Assembly: GCA_964016885.1 (NCBI GenBank)
Contig: OZ024757.1
Location: 20,026,001 to 20,090,000 of the forward strand
Source: Eledone cirrhosa
Taxonomy: Eukaryota
Direction of reading: 5' to 3'
DNA: 64,000 bases
The position numbers and the translations under genes were made by a program. Shown piece by piece: positions 1 to 13,498 of this stretch (the first letter of the stretch is position 1; each line of letters opens with the position of its first letter). Under the pieces are notes generated by a model. The model did not search any database. It was not told the origin of the DNA and saw nothing but the letters and a program-made list of their open reading frames with translations.

Positions 1-359
1 GAGATTTTGATATTATTTATTTTAAGAACAATACCTTAACATCAGTATCAGTGGCCGGTTACAGCCAGTTTGAACAGTAAGAGGTGAGAGAATTCTGGCC
101 AGTTACAGCTGGTTTAAACTGAGTGACAGATTATTTATAACACTGCTGAAGAAAAAGAAAGATCCCTCTGAGAGGCTTCCACATAGCCTCTGTCTACCAA
201 ATTTGACATAACTGCAAAAAAATACTTACCTAAGGTACCATGCCTTGCTCAAGGACACAGTATGCCACCTAGTCGAGGAATTGAACTCACAACTTCAGTC
301 GTGGGGAAACGCCTAAACCACTGAGCCATACACAACTAATATAATCACCAAAACCTTAC

Positions 360-490
360 CTGGCATGAGTTTGGAGAGTCTGTGGCCCAAAATTCTTCAC
401 ATAGTCTCTGGTCCTTGCCAAAAAAGTCAAAACATTTATTTCTCGAGAGTGACATTTGCTTTTGGATAAGTTCCATGGAGCCTTCCTTCT
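360..490 (-). CDS. Peptidase S1 homolog, exon 5: (E)KEGSMELIQKQMSLSRNKCFDFFGKDQRLCEEFWATDSPNSCQ; final GDSGGP exon lies beyond position 1
   Basis: ttccag acceptor, CAG|gtaagg donor; C168/C182-like cysteines and xSCQ ending at the canonical phase-0 intron before GDSGG. Confidence 0.85.
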
Positions 491-499
491 CTGGAAAAT

Positions 500-3230
500 A
501 GGAAAGGAGCTGATCATCAGATCAGATCTAGGAAACAATGTTTTTTATTGGTATTTCCATTGCTGATACTATCTGTCAGTCACAACTCCTGGTAGAAGAA
601 AGGAGCTGATCATCAGATCAGACCAAGAAAACAATATTTCTATTGGTCTTTCCATTACTAATACTATCTATCAGTCACAACTCCTTGAACAAAGTAAGGA
701 ACTGATTGTCAGGCTGGACCAGGGAAACAATATTTCTATTGGTTTTTTCCATTGCTGATACTGCCTGTCAGTCACAACTCCTGGTAGAAGTAAGGAACTG
801 ATTGTCAGATCAAACCAAGAAAACCATATTTCTATTGGTCTTTCCATTGCTGATACTGCCTGTCAGTCACAACTCCTGGTAGAAGTAAGGAGCTGATTGT
901 CAGATCAGACCAAGAAAATAATATTTCTATTGGTCTTTCCCTTGCTGATACTATCTGTCAGTCACAACTCCTGGTAGAAGTAAGGAGCTGATTGTCAGAT
1001 CAGACCAAGAAAATAATATTTCTATTGGTCTTTCCATTGTTGATACTGCCTGTCAGTCACAACTCCTGGTAGAAGTAAGGAACTGATTGTCAGATCAGAC
1101 CAAGAAAATAATATTTCTATTGGTCTTTCCATTGTTGATACTGCCTGTCAGTCACAACTCCTGGTAGAAGTAAGGAACTGATTGTCAGATCAAACCAAGA
1201 AAACCATATTTCTATTGGTCTTTCCCTTGCTGATACTGCCTGTCAGTCACAACTCCTGGTAGAAGTAAGGAGCTGATTGTCAGATCAGACCAAGAAAATA
1301 ATATTTCTATTGGTCTTTCCATTGTTGATACTGCCTGTCAGTCACAACTCCTGGTAGAAGTAAGGAACTGATTGTCAGATCAAACCAAGAAAATAATATT
1401 TCTATTGGTCTTTCCCTTGCTGATACTATCTGTCAGTCACAACTCCTGGTAGAAGTAAGGAACTGATTGTCAGATCAAACCAAGAAAACAATATTTCCAT
1501 TGGTCTTTCCATTGCTGATACTGCCTGTCAGTCACAACTCCTGGTAGAACTAAGGAACTGATTGTCAGATCAGACCAAGAAAATAATATTTCTATTGGTC
1601 TTTCCATTGTTGATACTGCCTGTCAGTCACAACTCCTGGTAGAACTAAGGAGCTGATTGTCAGATCAAACCAAGAAAACAATATTTCCATTGGTCTTTCC
1701 ATTGCTGATACTGCCTGTCAGTCACAACTCCTGGTAGAAGTAAGGAACTGATTGTCAGATTAAACCAAGAAAATAATATTTCTATTGGTCTTTCCATTGC
1801 TGATACTGCCTGTCAGTCACAACTCCTGGTAGAAGTAAGGAGCTGATTGTCAGATCAGACCAAGAAAATAATATTTCTATTGGTCTTTCCCTTGCTGATA
1901 CTATCTGTCAGTCACAACTCCTGGTAGAAGTAAGGAGCTGATCATCAGATCAGACCAAGAAAACAATATTTCTATTGGTCTTTCCATTACTGATACTATC
2001 TATCAGTCACAACTCCTTGAACAAAGTAAGGAACTGATTGTCAAGCTGGACCAGGGAAACAATATTTCTATTGGTCTTTCCATTGCTGATACTGCCTGTC
2101 AGTCACAACTCCTGGTAGAAGTAAGGAGCTGATTGTCAGATCAGACCAAGAAACAATATTTCTATTGGACTTTCCATTACTAAAACAATTTGTCAGTCAC
2201 AACTCCTGGCAGAAGAAAGGTGTTGATCATCAGATCAGACCATGGAAACCATATTTCTATTGGTCTTTCCATTGTTGATACTGCCTGTCAGTCACAACTC
2301 CTGGTAGAAGTAAGGAACTGATTGTCAGATCAAACCAAGAAAACAATATTTCCATTGGTCTTTCCATTGTTGATACTGCCTGTCAGTCACAACTCCTGGT
2401 AGAAGTAAGGAACTGATTGTCAGATCAAACCAAGAAAACAATATTTCCATTGGTCTTTCCCTTGCTGATACTGCCTGTCAGTCACAACTCCTGGTAGAAG
2501 TAAGGAGCTGATTGTCAGATCAGACCAAGAAAATAATATTTCTATTGGTCTTTCCATTACTAAACCTATTTGTCAGTCACAACTCCTGGCAGAAGAAAGG
2601 TGTTGATCATCAGATCAGACCATGGAAACCATATTTCCATTGGTCTTTCCATTGTTGATATTGCCTGTCAGTCACAACTCCTGGTAGAAGTAAGGAACTG
2701 ATTGTCAGATCAAACCAAGAAAACAATATTTCCATTGGTCTTTCCATTGTTGATATTGCCTGTCAGTCACAACTCCTGGTAGAAGTAAGGAACTGATTGT
2801 CAGATCAGACCAAGAAAACAATATTTCCATTGGTCTTTCCATTGTTGATACTGCCTGTCAGTCACAACTCCTGGTAGAAGTAAGGAACTGATTGTCAGAT
2901 CAAACCAAGAAAACAATATTTCCATTGGTCTTTCCATTGTTGATACTGCCTGTCAGTCACAACTCCTGGTAGAAGTAAGGAACTGATTGTCAGATCAAAC
3001 CAAGAAAACAATATTTCCATTGGTCTTTCCATTGTTGATACTGCCTGTCAGTCACAACTCCTGGTAGAAGTAAGGAACTGATTGTCAGATCAAACCAAGA
3101 AAACAATATTTCCATTGGTCTTTCCATTGCTGATACTGCCTGTTAATCACAGAAGGGAACCAATAGTCAGATCAAACCAAGAAAACAACGGGTTTTATTG
3201 CTCTTTCTGATGTTAATACTGTTTGTCAGT
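500..3230. repeat. Tandem array, 95-bp unit, about 28 copies
   Basis: ctggtagaagtaagg recurs at 781, 876, 971...; fills the intron directly upstream of protease exon 5. Confidence 0.95.
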
Positions 3231-3699
3231 CATAAGTCTTAGTATGATGAAGGGTTTGAACCCAGAACACTCAGAGTCAGATCAGATATCGCAAAGAGCA
3301 TCGTACTCTCTGACTCTGACACATTAACAATTCTGACAATCCACCACTCCTAGACTGGTATCATATTTATCCCCCCACCCTCCCCCCAAGGGATAACAAT
3401 TGAAAGATACAATGACCTCACCAAAATTTGAATCTAGAGCAGAGTAGGTTAGAACAAATACCATGGCATTTAATCTGACACCCAAAAAACTCTGTCAAAT
3501 TCTCCATAACATAATGGTAAATATAGATTTTCAACAGAAGTTGAGTGTCTCAACTTTTTATTTTTTTGAAGGGAGAGGGAGTGAGAGGGTATAGATGAGG
3601 GGAGGGGTTTAATTGATTATATCAACCCCCTGCACTTGTAAAGTGGTCTTTTTTTTTTTTTACCAGGAATGAAAGGATGAAAGGTAAAGTCAGCCCTGC

Positions 3700-3860
3700 C
3701 AAGTTTTGAACCAAGGATCAAGAGATTTGAACCATGAATCAAGAGATTTCAACCAAGAATCAAGAGGTTTGAACCAAGATTCAAAAAATTTGAACCAAAG
3801 TCAGAAAGATTTGAACTAAGGATGAAACGTTTTGAACCAAGAATCAAAAAATTTGAATGA
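3700..3860. repeat. Degenerate ~21-bp tandem repeat (tttgaaccaagaatcaagaga)
   Basis: Direct inspection. Confidence 0.75.
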
Positions 3861-4836
3861 AGAACTTAAAGAACAATAAAGAAACACGAGCTGGGCAAGA
3901 TTTAAAACCAGAGATCAGTAAGCTGGAATAAATATGGAGGCATTTTATCTGATGATTTAATTATTCTGCCAATCTGTTGCTTTGCTTAACGAATCACTAA
4001 GTAAATATGCAAAATTACACAATTGTTTACAAACTTAATAATTTCTAGTTTTTCTTTATCAACACATCATATATCTTATCTACTATGTTAGTTATTTTTA
4101 TAGTTATTTAAATACTCCATGCCTTAAATATGCTGACATCTACATGTTTTTAAAACATTTCTACGTTCAACTAGTTTATCATAGGAATGGCATGTAGGAA
4201 ATTGTTTAATTTTCTCAAAGTTATTCCAGCCTTTAGGTCAGAGTAGAATAACAAAATTACTGATTATACTAAGATAGTTTCACATATATATATATATTTG
4301 TATGTGTGCGTGTGTGTGTATGTATCTATGTATATATTTATATATATATACATACATACGTATACATATATATAAATATATATATATATATCTATTCATA
4401 TATATATATATATGTATGTATGAATATATATATATAAATGTCTATATATATATGTGTGTATATATATATATATATATACTTATATACATACATACATTCA
4501 TACATATATATATACATGCATATATATCATCATTTAATGTCCAATTTACCTGCTACATATGAGTACATATGTAACACATCACTCATACATGTATATATAT
4601 ACACACACACACACATATATATATAGATATACATATACATACATGCCCACGTACATAAACCTTCACACGGCTGAGCTCCAGGTATTATTCAAGTAAGGAA
4701 CTGGAGCTTGGTAGTAGTGTTTGGATATGAGTGTGGTATGGGTCCTGACTCTTTCCCTATTACCCACTCTACTAGCCTAAGTATTGAGTACTCTGGTACG
4801 TTATGGTCCACCTGGTTTCTTACCACACTTCCTTTG

Positions 4837-4869
<33 letters not shown>

Positions 4870-4987
4870 GCGTGTATATACTATATATATATATATCTAT
4901 ATATCTAAAACAGAGAATGTATGTCTGTCTGTCAGCTCCCTAAAACTCGAGAACCACCCACCTGGTTACTTACCACACTTCCTTCGT

Positions 4988-5059
<72 letters not shown>

Positions 5060-5467
5060 TTTCCAATCTTTTGATAAACGAAACTGTTGGTCATGGCACT
5101 AGAAGAAGTAAATATTTAAATCGTATTTTAATTTATTTAAAAGATTGTTTAATGTTTACTTGTTCCGCTCATATTTACAGTTCTGGTATCTCAAATTAGT
5201 ACCATGGAACAACCACTATTATAGACACCATATATATATTTCCGTGGGTACTTAGTACCTACTGGAATATCTATATCATTTATCTGATTTCTCCTTAATG
5301 TAGAGAAAAAAATGTTGTATCATGCTGCTATTTCTAGTAACATGAAATTCAATGAGTCTATAATCCCCGCTTTTTCTAACGGCCCATTTGTGTGTGGGTC
5401 ATTTTAACGGCTTGATTCATTCACCGGGCAGAAAGCGATACATCTACATCTAGTAGATTTGGAAAAG

Positions 5468-5545
5468 CTATCTGAAGAGCTGTATCTTTCCATTGGAAAT
5501 TCTCTGAATTTCCAATCTTTTGATAAGCGAAACCGTCAGTCATGG
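5468..5545 (+). ncRNA. Type I hammerhead ribozyme-like motif with extended stem II
   Basis: CTAT-CTGAAGA-GCT..ATTGGAAATT/AATTTCCAAT..AGC-GAAAC-cgtca-GTC-ATGG: intact core, stem I CTAT/ATGG, long stem II, minimal stem III. Confidence 0.65.
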
Positions 5546-6235
5546 CATTAGAAGGGGTAAATATTTAAATCGTATTTTAATTTATTTAAAAGATTGTTTA
5601 ATATTTACTTGTTTCGCTCATATATATATATATATGAGAACCTCGTGGACGAGAATGCGAGCACTCCTCTTTGTTTCGTCCGCGGATGGCTAACATAACC
5701 CTATCTCCTCCCGCCCCCCACCACCCCCACCCTCCAAACGCAACCCAAAAACAAACTACACCCCGTCCCGCCACCACCCCCACCCCATCCACACCACCCC
5801 GTTCCATGTAAAGTTATGTTGGTGCCGCGCCATCCAGGCCGAAACAAACGAGATCGTGTAGGTGTCACGACAAAAAAACACACAGTCCACGCTGTAATGT
5901 GGCCGTGTAGGCAACACGGTAAAAACCTCCCAGACCCACACTGTAAATGTGGTTGGTGTTAGGAAGGGCATCCAACTGTAGAAAACCCGCCAGACAGTCC
6001 TATGCGAGCAAGACAATCACTCTTGCCTCAAGTGGGACTACCCCCGTCCAAACCCATGCAAGCGTGGAACACGGACGTTAAACGTTGATGATGATGATGA
6101 TGATGATGATATATATATATATATATCATCATCGTTTAACATCTATCTTCCATGCTAGCATGAGTATGAGTATATATACTATATATGAGTGTATATACTA
6201 TATATATATGAGCGTATATACTATATATATTAAAA

Positions 6236-6662
6236 ATGAAAGGCAGGCTGTATGATGCCTGCATACGAACAACAATGTTACATGGCAGTGAGACTTGGGC
6301 ATTGTGTGCAGAGGATATACGCAGACCGGAGAGGAACGAAGCTTGCATGCTCCGTTGGATGTGTAATAGTAATATACGTGAACAGCAAAGCATAAATGAA
6401 CTAAGGGAGAAATTAGGAATAAGAGGGATCAGATGTTGTTTACTCGAGAGAAGACTACGTTGGTATGCGCATGAAAGACGACAGCTGTATAAAAAAGTGC
6501 AGGGCGATAAAAATAGATGGTAGCCACGGAGTAGGCAGACCCAGAAAAACCTGGGACGACCTAATAAATTCCGACCTCACACACTTACACCTCTCCAAGA
6601 CAATGTCACTGGACCGAGATCTTTGGCGCTACACAGTAATACAGAAGACCCGCCTTGCCTAA
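6236..6662 (+). mobile_element. RTE-clade LINE 3' fragment followed by a SINE-like tail
   Basis: LYDACIRTTMLHGSETW...RRLRWY and GRPRKTW peptides, frameshifted; same family as 30703-31968 and 24700-25003 (-). Confidence 0.85.
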
Positions 6663-7046
6663 GTACAAAGCGATACCTACAGTCAGTAGGCACCTCTTAA
6701 CAACAAATACACCCCCCGTCCTACTACCCCCACCCCATCCACACCACCCCTTTCGATGTAAAGTTATGTTGGTACCACAACATCCAGTCCAAAATAAATG
6801 AGGTTGTGTAGGTGTCACAACAAAAAAACACAGTCCACGCTGTAATGTGGCAGTGTAGGTAACACGGTAAAAACCTCCCAGTCCACACTGTAAATGTGGT
6901 TGGTGTTAGGAAGGGCATCCAGCTGTAGAAAACCCGCCAGACTCCTATATGAGCAAGACAACCAATCTTGCCTCAAGTGGGAAAATTCCTGTCCAAACCC
7001 ATGCAAAGCGTGGAAGATGGATGTTAAACGACGATGATGATGATGA

Positions 7047-7086
<40 letters not shown>

Positions 7087-7643
7087 AATTAACATATAGT
7101 TCTTCTATAAAATAATTGTTTCTACTTTTGGCACAAGGCCAGCAATTATCCTAGTGTATTACTGGTACTTTATTTTATCGACCCCGTAAGGATGAAAGGC
7201 AAAGTTAATCTTGGCGGGATTCAAACTCAGAATGGCAAGGGCCGTAACTCTATGCATCAAGGCATGGCGTCCGACCCTCTACTGATACTGCCAATCCACC
7301 GCCTATATATTCTTCTATAAAATAATGTGACACAATTTTAATTTAAACAGGAACCCTTTAAAATGATAGAACTGCCGTGTAGGTAACACGGTAAAAACCT
7401 CCCAGTCCACACTGTAAACGTGGTTGGTGTTAGGAAGGGCATCCAGCCGTAGAAAACCTGCCAGACAATCCTGAGCAAGACAACCAATCTTGCCTCAAGT
7501 GGGACAATTCCCATCCAGACCCATGCTAGCGTGGAAGATGGACGTTAAACGATGATGATGATGATGATGATGTTTCATGACAATACAATAATCTTGAAAA
7601 ACAAAAACAAAAAAAAAAACAGTCAAAGAATAAAAGGACTCAC

Positions 7644-7769
7644 CGTATTTATTGAATGTGATGCAGTGGGATAAATTGTTTATTTCATTATTATTTGATA
7701 AACTCACAGGCTGGATACATTGGTTGAGATTCAGTGGAGATGGTAGAACAATGACAACAATATTATAAT
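7644..7769 (-). CDS. Peptidase S1 homolog, exon 4: YYNIVVIVLPSPLNLNQCIQPVSLSNNNEINNLSHCITFNKY
   Basis: ctag acceptor, gtgagt donor; aligns by eye to NDIALLxLxxP...IQPVxL...C; phases 1/1 match neighbours. Confidence 0.8.
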
Positions 7770-8139
7770 CTAGATATAGAAGAAATATGGTGGTAGATTA
7801 CAATATGCAGAGGTTATATTTAATTTCAACAAGCTTAACAATTTTTATAACTGATATAAAGCACTCAACAAGTTAGTGGAGTAAATACACAATATATTAA
7901 TAAATGGAAACTATAGTTATAAAACCATATTTATTTCATACATATTTCAAGGGCAACCAAGGCAAATTATGGTGTGCTTTCATCAGATAAAATACAGATG
8001 TGTTTTATAAATAAATATTGACATACCCGGAAAAAAAGACAACCTTAACGGTTGGAGCTTCCTGGATTGCTATCCAGTTAAGGTTGTCTTTTTTTCTGGG
8101 TATGTCAATATTTATTTATAAAACAAATCTGTATTTTAT

Positions 8140-10990
8140 CATTAAGGCCAACCGGGGTAGTTGCCTAGGGCACAGATCTCAGAAAGGTACTTTACTGGAC
8201 CTTAAAAAAACACAGTTTTATACAGGGCTGGTGTTACCATTAAGGCTAACTGGGGTAGTTGTCTAGGGCACAGATCTCAGAGAGGTACTTTACTGGACCT
8301 TAAAGAAACACAGTTTTATACAGGGCTGGTGTTACCATTAAGGCCAACTGGGGTAGTTGCCTAGGGCACATATCTCAGAGAGGTACTTTACTGGACCTTA
8401 AAGAAACACAGGTTTATACAGGGCTGGTGTTACCATTAAGGCCAACTGGGGTAGTTGTCTAGGGCACAGATGTCATAGAGGTACTTTACTGGACCTTAAA
8501 GAAACACATGTTTATACAGGGCTGGTGTTACCATTAAGGCCAACTGGGGTAGTTGCCTAGGGCACATATCTCAGAGAGGTACTTTACTGGACCTTAAAGA
8601 AACACATGTTTATACAGGGCTGGTGTTACCATTAAGGCCAACTGGGGTAGTTGTCTAGGGCACAGATGTCATAGAGGTACTTTACTGGACCTTAAAGAAA
8701 CACAGGTTTATACAGGGCTGGTGTTACCATTAAGGCCAACTGGGGTAGTTGTCTAGGGCACAGATGTCATAGAGGTACTTTACTGGACCTTAAAGAAACA
8801 CAGGTTTATACAGGGCTGGTGTTACCATTAAGGCCAACTGGGGTAGTTACCTAGGGCACAGATCTCAGAGGGGTACTTTACTGGACCTTAAAGAAACACA
8901 GGTTTATACAGGGCTGGTGTTACCATTAAGGCCAACTGGGGTAGTTGTCTAGGGCACAGATGTCATAGAGGTACTTTACTGGACCTTAAAGAAACACAGG
9001 TTTATACAGGGCTGGTGTTACCATTAAGGCCAACTGGGGTAGTTGTCTAGGGCACAGATGTCATAGAGGTACTTTACTGGACCTTAAAGAAACACAGGTT
9101 TATACAGGGCTGGTGTTACCATTAAGGCCAACTGGGGTAGTTGTCTAGGGCACAGATCTCAGAGGGGTACATTACTGGACCTTAAAGAAACACAGGTTTA
9201 TACAGGGCTGGTGTTACCATTAAGGCCAACTGGGGTAGTTGTCTAGGGCACAGATGTCATAGAGGTACTTTACTGGACCTTAAAGAAACACAGGTTTATA
9301 CAGGGCTGGTGTTACCATTAAGGCCAACTGGGGTAGTTGTCTAGAGCACAGATCTCAGAGGGGTACTTTACTGGACCTTAAAGAAACACAGGTTTATACA
9401 GGGCTGGTGTTACCATTAAGGCCAACTGGGGTAGTTACCTAGGGCACAGATCTCAGAGGGGTACTTTACTGGACCTTAAAGAAACACAGGTTTATACAGG
9501 GCTGGTGTTACCATTAAGGCCAACTGGGGTAGTTGTCTAGGGCACATATCTCAGAGAGGTACTTTACTGGACCTTAAAGAAACACAGGTTTATACAGGGC
9601 TGGTGTTACCATTAAGGCCAACTGGGGTAGTTGTCTAGGGCACAGATGTCATAGAGGTACTTTACTGGACCTTAAAGAAACACAGGTTTATACAGGGCTG
9701 GTGTTACCATTAAGGCCAACTGGGGTAGTTGTCTAGGGCACAGATCTCAGAGGGGTACATTACTGGACCTTAAAGAAACACATGTTTATACAGGGCTGGT
9801 GTTACCATTAAGGCCAACTGGGGTAGTTGTCTAGGGCACAGATCTCAGAGGGGTACATTACTGGACCTTAAAGAAACACAGGTTTATACAGGGCTGGTGT
9901 TACCATTAAGGCCAACTGGGGTAGTTACCTAGGGCACAGATCTCAGAGGGGTACATTACTGGACCTTAAAGAAACACAGGTTTATACAGGGCTGGTGTTA
10001 CCATTAAGGCTAACTGGGGTAGTTGTCTAGGGCACATATCTCAGAGAGGTACTTTACTGGACCTTAAAGAAACACAGGTTTATACAGGGCTGGTGTTACC
10101 ATTAAGGCCAACTGGGGTAGTTGTCTAGGGCACAGATCTCAGAGGGGTACATTACTGGACCTTAAAGAAACACATGTTTATACAGGGCTGGTGTTACCAT
10201 TAAGGCCAACTGGGGTAGTTGTCTAGGGCACAGATCTCAGAGGGGTACATTACTGGACCTTAAAGAAACACAGGTTTATACAGGGCTGGTGTTACCATTA
10301 AGGCCAACTGGGGTAGTTGTCTAGGGCACATATCTCAGAGAGGTACTTTACTGGACCTTAAAGAAACACAGGTTTATACAGGGCTGGTGTTACCATTAAG
10401 GCCAACTGGGGTAGTTACCTAGGGCACAGATCTCAGAGAGGTACTTTACTGGACCTTAAAGAAACACAGGTTTATACAGGGCTGGTGTTACCATTAAGGC
10501 CAACTGGGGTAGTTACCTAGGGCACAGATCTCAGAGAGGTACTTTACTGGACCTTAAAGAAACACAGTTTTATACAGGGCTGGTGTTACCATTAAGGCCA
10601 ACTGGGGTAGTTGTCTAGGGCACATATCTCAGATAGGTACATTACTGGACCTTAAAGAAACACAGGTTTATACAGGGCTGGTGTTACCATTAAGGCTAAT
10701 TGGGGTAGTTGTCTCGGGCACATATCTCAGATAGGTACTTTACTGGACCTTAAAGAAACACAGGTTTATACAGGGCTGGTGTTACCATTAAGGCCAACTG
10801 GGGTAGTTGTCTAGGGCACAGATCTCAGAGAGGTACATTACTGGACCTTAAAGAAACACAGGTTTATACAGGGCTGGTGTTACCATTAAGGCTAACTGGG
10901 GTAGTTGTCTAGGGCACATATCTCAGAGAGGTACATTACTGGACCTTAAAGAATCACAGGTTTATACAGGGCTGGTGTTACCATCAAAGC
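8140..10990. repeat. Tandem array, 98-bp unit, about 29 copies
   Basis: cagggctggtgttaccattaagg recurs every 98 bp. Confidence 0.95.
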
Positions 10991-11139
10991 CAAGGTACAT
11001 TACTGTGCCCAACCCCCCCACACACACTTTTTAGGACAGCAGTGCAATAGTTTGAGGTAAATTTGACTGTTATTTCTAGCAGGTCAATTGAACTGTGCGT
11101 TGGTGGTAGTTAGTCAGAAGATCTGACTATTTTTAAACT

Positions 11140-12068
11140 GCTGCTGTTGTTGTTGGTGGTGGTGGTGTTGTTGGTGGAGGTGTTGTTGGTGGAGGTGGTG
11201 GTGGTGGTGTTGTTGCTGTTGTTAGTGGTGGTGGTGGTGGTGTTGTTGGTGGTGGTGTTGTTGTTGTTGGTGGTGTTGTTGGCGGTGGTGGTGTTGTTGT
11301 TGTTGGTGATGTTGTTGGTGGTGGTGGTGTTGTTGTTGTTGGTGGTGTTGCTGTTGTTGTTGGTGGTGGTGTTGCTGTTGTTAGTGGTGGTGGTGGTGGT
11401 GTTGTTGGTGGTGTCGTTGTTGTTGTTGTTGGTGGTGTTGTTGGCAGTGGTGGTGGTGGTGTTGTTGTTGTTGTTGTTGGTGATGTTGTTGGTGGTGGTG
11501 GTGTTGTTGGTGGTGTTGTTGTTGTTGTTGTTGGTGGTGTTGTTGTTGTTGGTGATGTTGTTGTTGGTGGTGGTGGTGGTGGTGTTGTTGTTGGTGGTGT
11601 TGCTGTTGTTGGTGGTGCTGCTACTGTTGTTGTTGTTGGTGGTGGTGGTGGTGCTGCTGGTGGTGATGGTGCTGCTACTGCTGCTGCTGGTGGTGGTGGT
11701 GTTATTTTCTAATGACATGACATCACCACTGTTTATAGAATGACTGTCAATACCCCCCCCCCACCACCACCACCACCACCACCACACACCTCCTTACACC
11801 TCCCACTCGTGTTCCTGCTACCCTCCTCCCCCTCCCGTTCGCCATCTCTGAGGCAGCATGTCACATGTCTGATAACTGTCCTGGCCTGGACTGTTATATT
11901 TATAGATATCTTACCTGGGAGGGAGGGAGGGAGGTGGGGGGGGGGCAGTGGTACAGGTGTTGGTGATGGTGATGGTGGTGGTGGTGGTGGTGGTGATGGT
12001 GGTGATGGTGATGATGGTGGTGGTGGTGGGGTATAGGTATATATCTTGATAATGATGATGATGGTGAT

Positions 12069-12125
<57 letters not shown>

Positions 12126-12322
12126 TATATATATGTGTGTCTGTGTGTGTATATATATGTGTATATATGTGTTTATATATATGTATATATGTATACATAT
12201 ATACATACATATATATACATATATATATATATGTATATATATACACACATATATATATGTGTCTGTGTATGTGTATATATGTGTATATATATATATATAT
12301 GTATATATATACATATATATAC

Positions 12323-12377
<55 letters not shown>

Positions 12378-12393
12378 TATATATATGTGTGTC

Positions 12394-12447
<54 letters not shown>

Positions 12448-12499
12448 TATATATATACACACATATATATGTGTGTCTGTGTGTGTGTATATATGTGTA

Positions 12500-12530
<31 letters not shown>

Positions 12531-12645
12531 GTATACATATATATACATATGTATATATATATATATATATATATACATATGATATATATATATATATATA
12601 CAGATGATGATGATGATGATGATGATATACACACATATATATACA

Positions 12646-12677
<32 letters not shown>

Positions 12678-12700
12678 TACATATATATATATTTTTATAC
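11140..12700. repeat. Compound (GGT/GTT)n, (GGT/GAT)n and (AT/AC)n microsatellites
   Basis: Direct inspection. Confidence 0.95.
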
Positions 12701-13042
12701 ACTGAATCAAGTAGAGACAGAAATATTTTCCTTATACTTTTTAACAGACACACACTCAATCACCCACAAAATAAAATTTAAAAAACCCAGACTTATTCTT
12801 TTACTCTGACCTGAAGGTTTGGGAATGTTGCCAACATGGAATGGGTAAGATTCCTCATAGAAATAACTGAGTAGTTGATGATATAATTAAGTGTTATGGT
12901 ATTATTAAGATTTACCATTGTAGAATGGAATGTTCCAATTAGTCTGTGGCAGACCAAGGAAGATATGGAATGTGGCCCAAAAGGTAAAAGAATTAGGCCA
13001 ATACTGTTTCTTGTGTTTTAGTTAACCTTTTAGCATTTACAT

Positions 13043-13290
13043 GGAGGCACATGGCTTAGTGGTTAGAGCATTGGCCTTGCAATCATAAGGTTGTGAGTTC
13101 AATTCTCAGACTGGGTGATGTATTGTTTCCTTGAGCAAGACACTTTATTTCACATTGCTCCAGTTTACTCAGCTGTAGAAATGAGATGATAGGACTGGGG
13201 TCCATATCATTCCACTGCAAAGTAGTTGTGGAGGTGTCACGGCAAAAAAGCACCCAGCCCACACTGTAAATGAGGTTGGTGTTAGGAAGG
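13043..13290 (+). mobile_element. tRNA-derived SINE family A (CORE-like centre); other copies near 33300-33590, 36720-37017, 37371-37602, 38118-38370, 46979-47310, 58955-59262, 63836-63980
   Basis: A box TGGCTTAGTGG, B box GAGTTCAATTC, ccttgagcaagacactttatttcacattgctccag body; many dispersed copies on both strands. Confidence 0.85.
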
Positions 13291-13498
13291 ATGCTCCAAA
13301 CAGTAGCTTATTAATATGAAAGTAAGTCATATTACTAAATCCTTTCAAATTCGTTCCACATTTTTATGATGTGGATTGGCATAATCGGTTGAGTGTCGGA
13401 CAAAATGCTTTGCTGTATAGAGTTATGGCCCTTTACGTTCTGAGTTCAAATCCTGCAGAGGTTAGCTTTGCCTTTTATCCTGACAGGGTCGATAAAAT

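Noticed and set aside
356-538. ORF-track 60-aa peptide
   Set aside because: Wrong frame; the real exon is in another frame ending NSCQ.
7706-7707. Internal gtgagt donor after IQP in protease exon 4
   Set aside because: It would give phase 0, incompatible with exon 5; reading through to 7644 restores frame and the conserved cysteine.
500-10990. CRISPR-like regular arrays (95 bp and 98 bp)
   Set aside because: Units are contiguous near-identical copies with no unique spacers, no cas genes, and a eukaryotic intronic context.
11110-12809. Long low-complexity ORFs (also 16648-17311, 25249-30424, 48675-51643, 56054-56680)
   Set aside because: Translations of di- and trinucleotide microsatellites.
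12811-12943. Possible extra minus-strand exon (LIGTFHSTMVNL...FPNLQ) with AG/GT ends
   Set aside because: Phase 2/0 is incompatible with the phase-1 protease intron it sits in, and exons 3 and 4 already join into a normal S1 fold.
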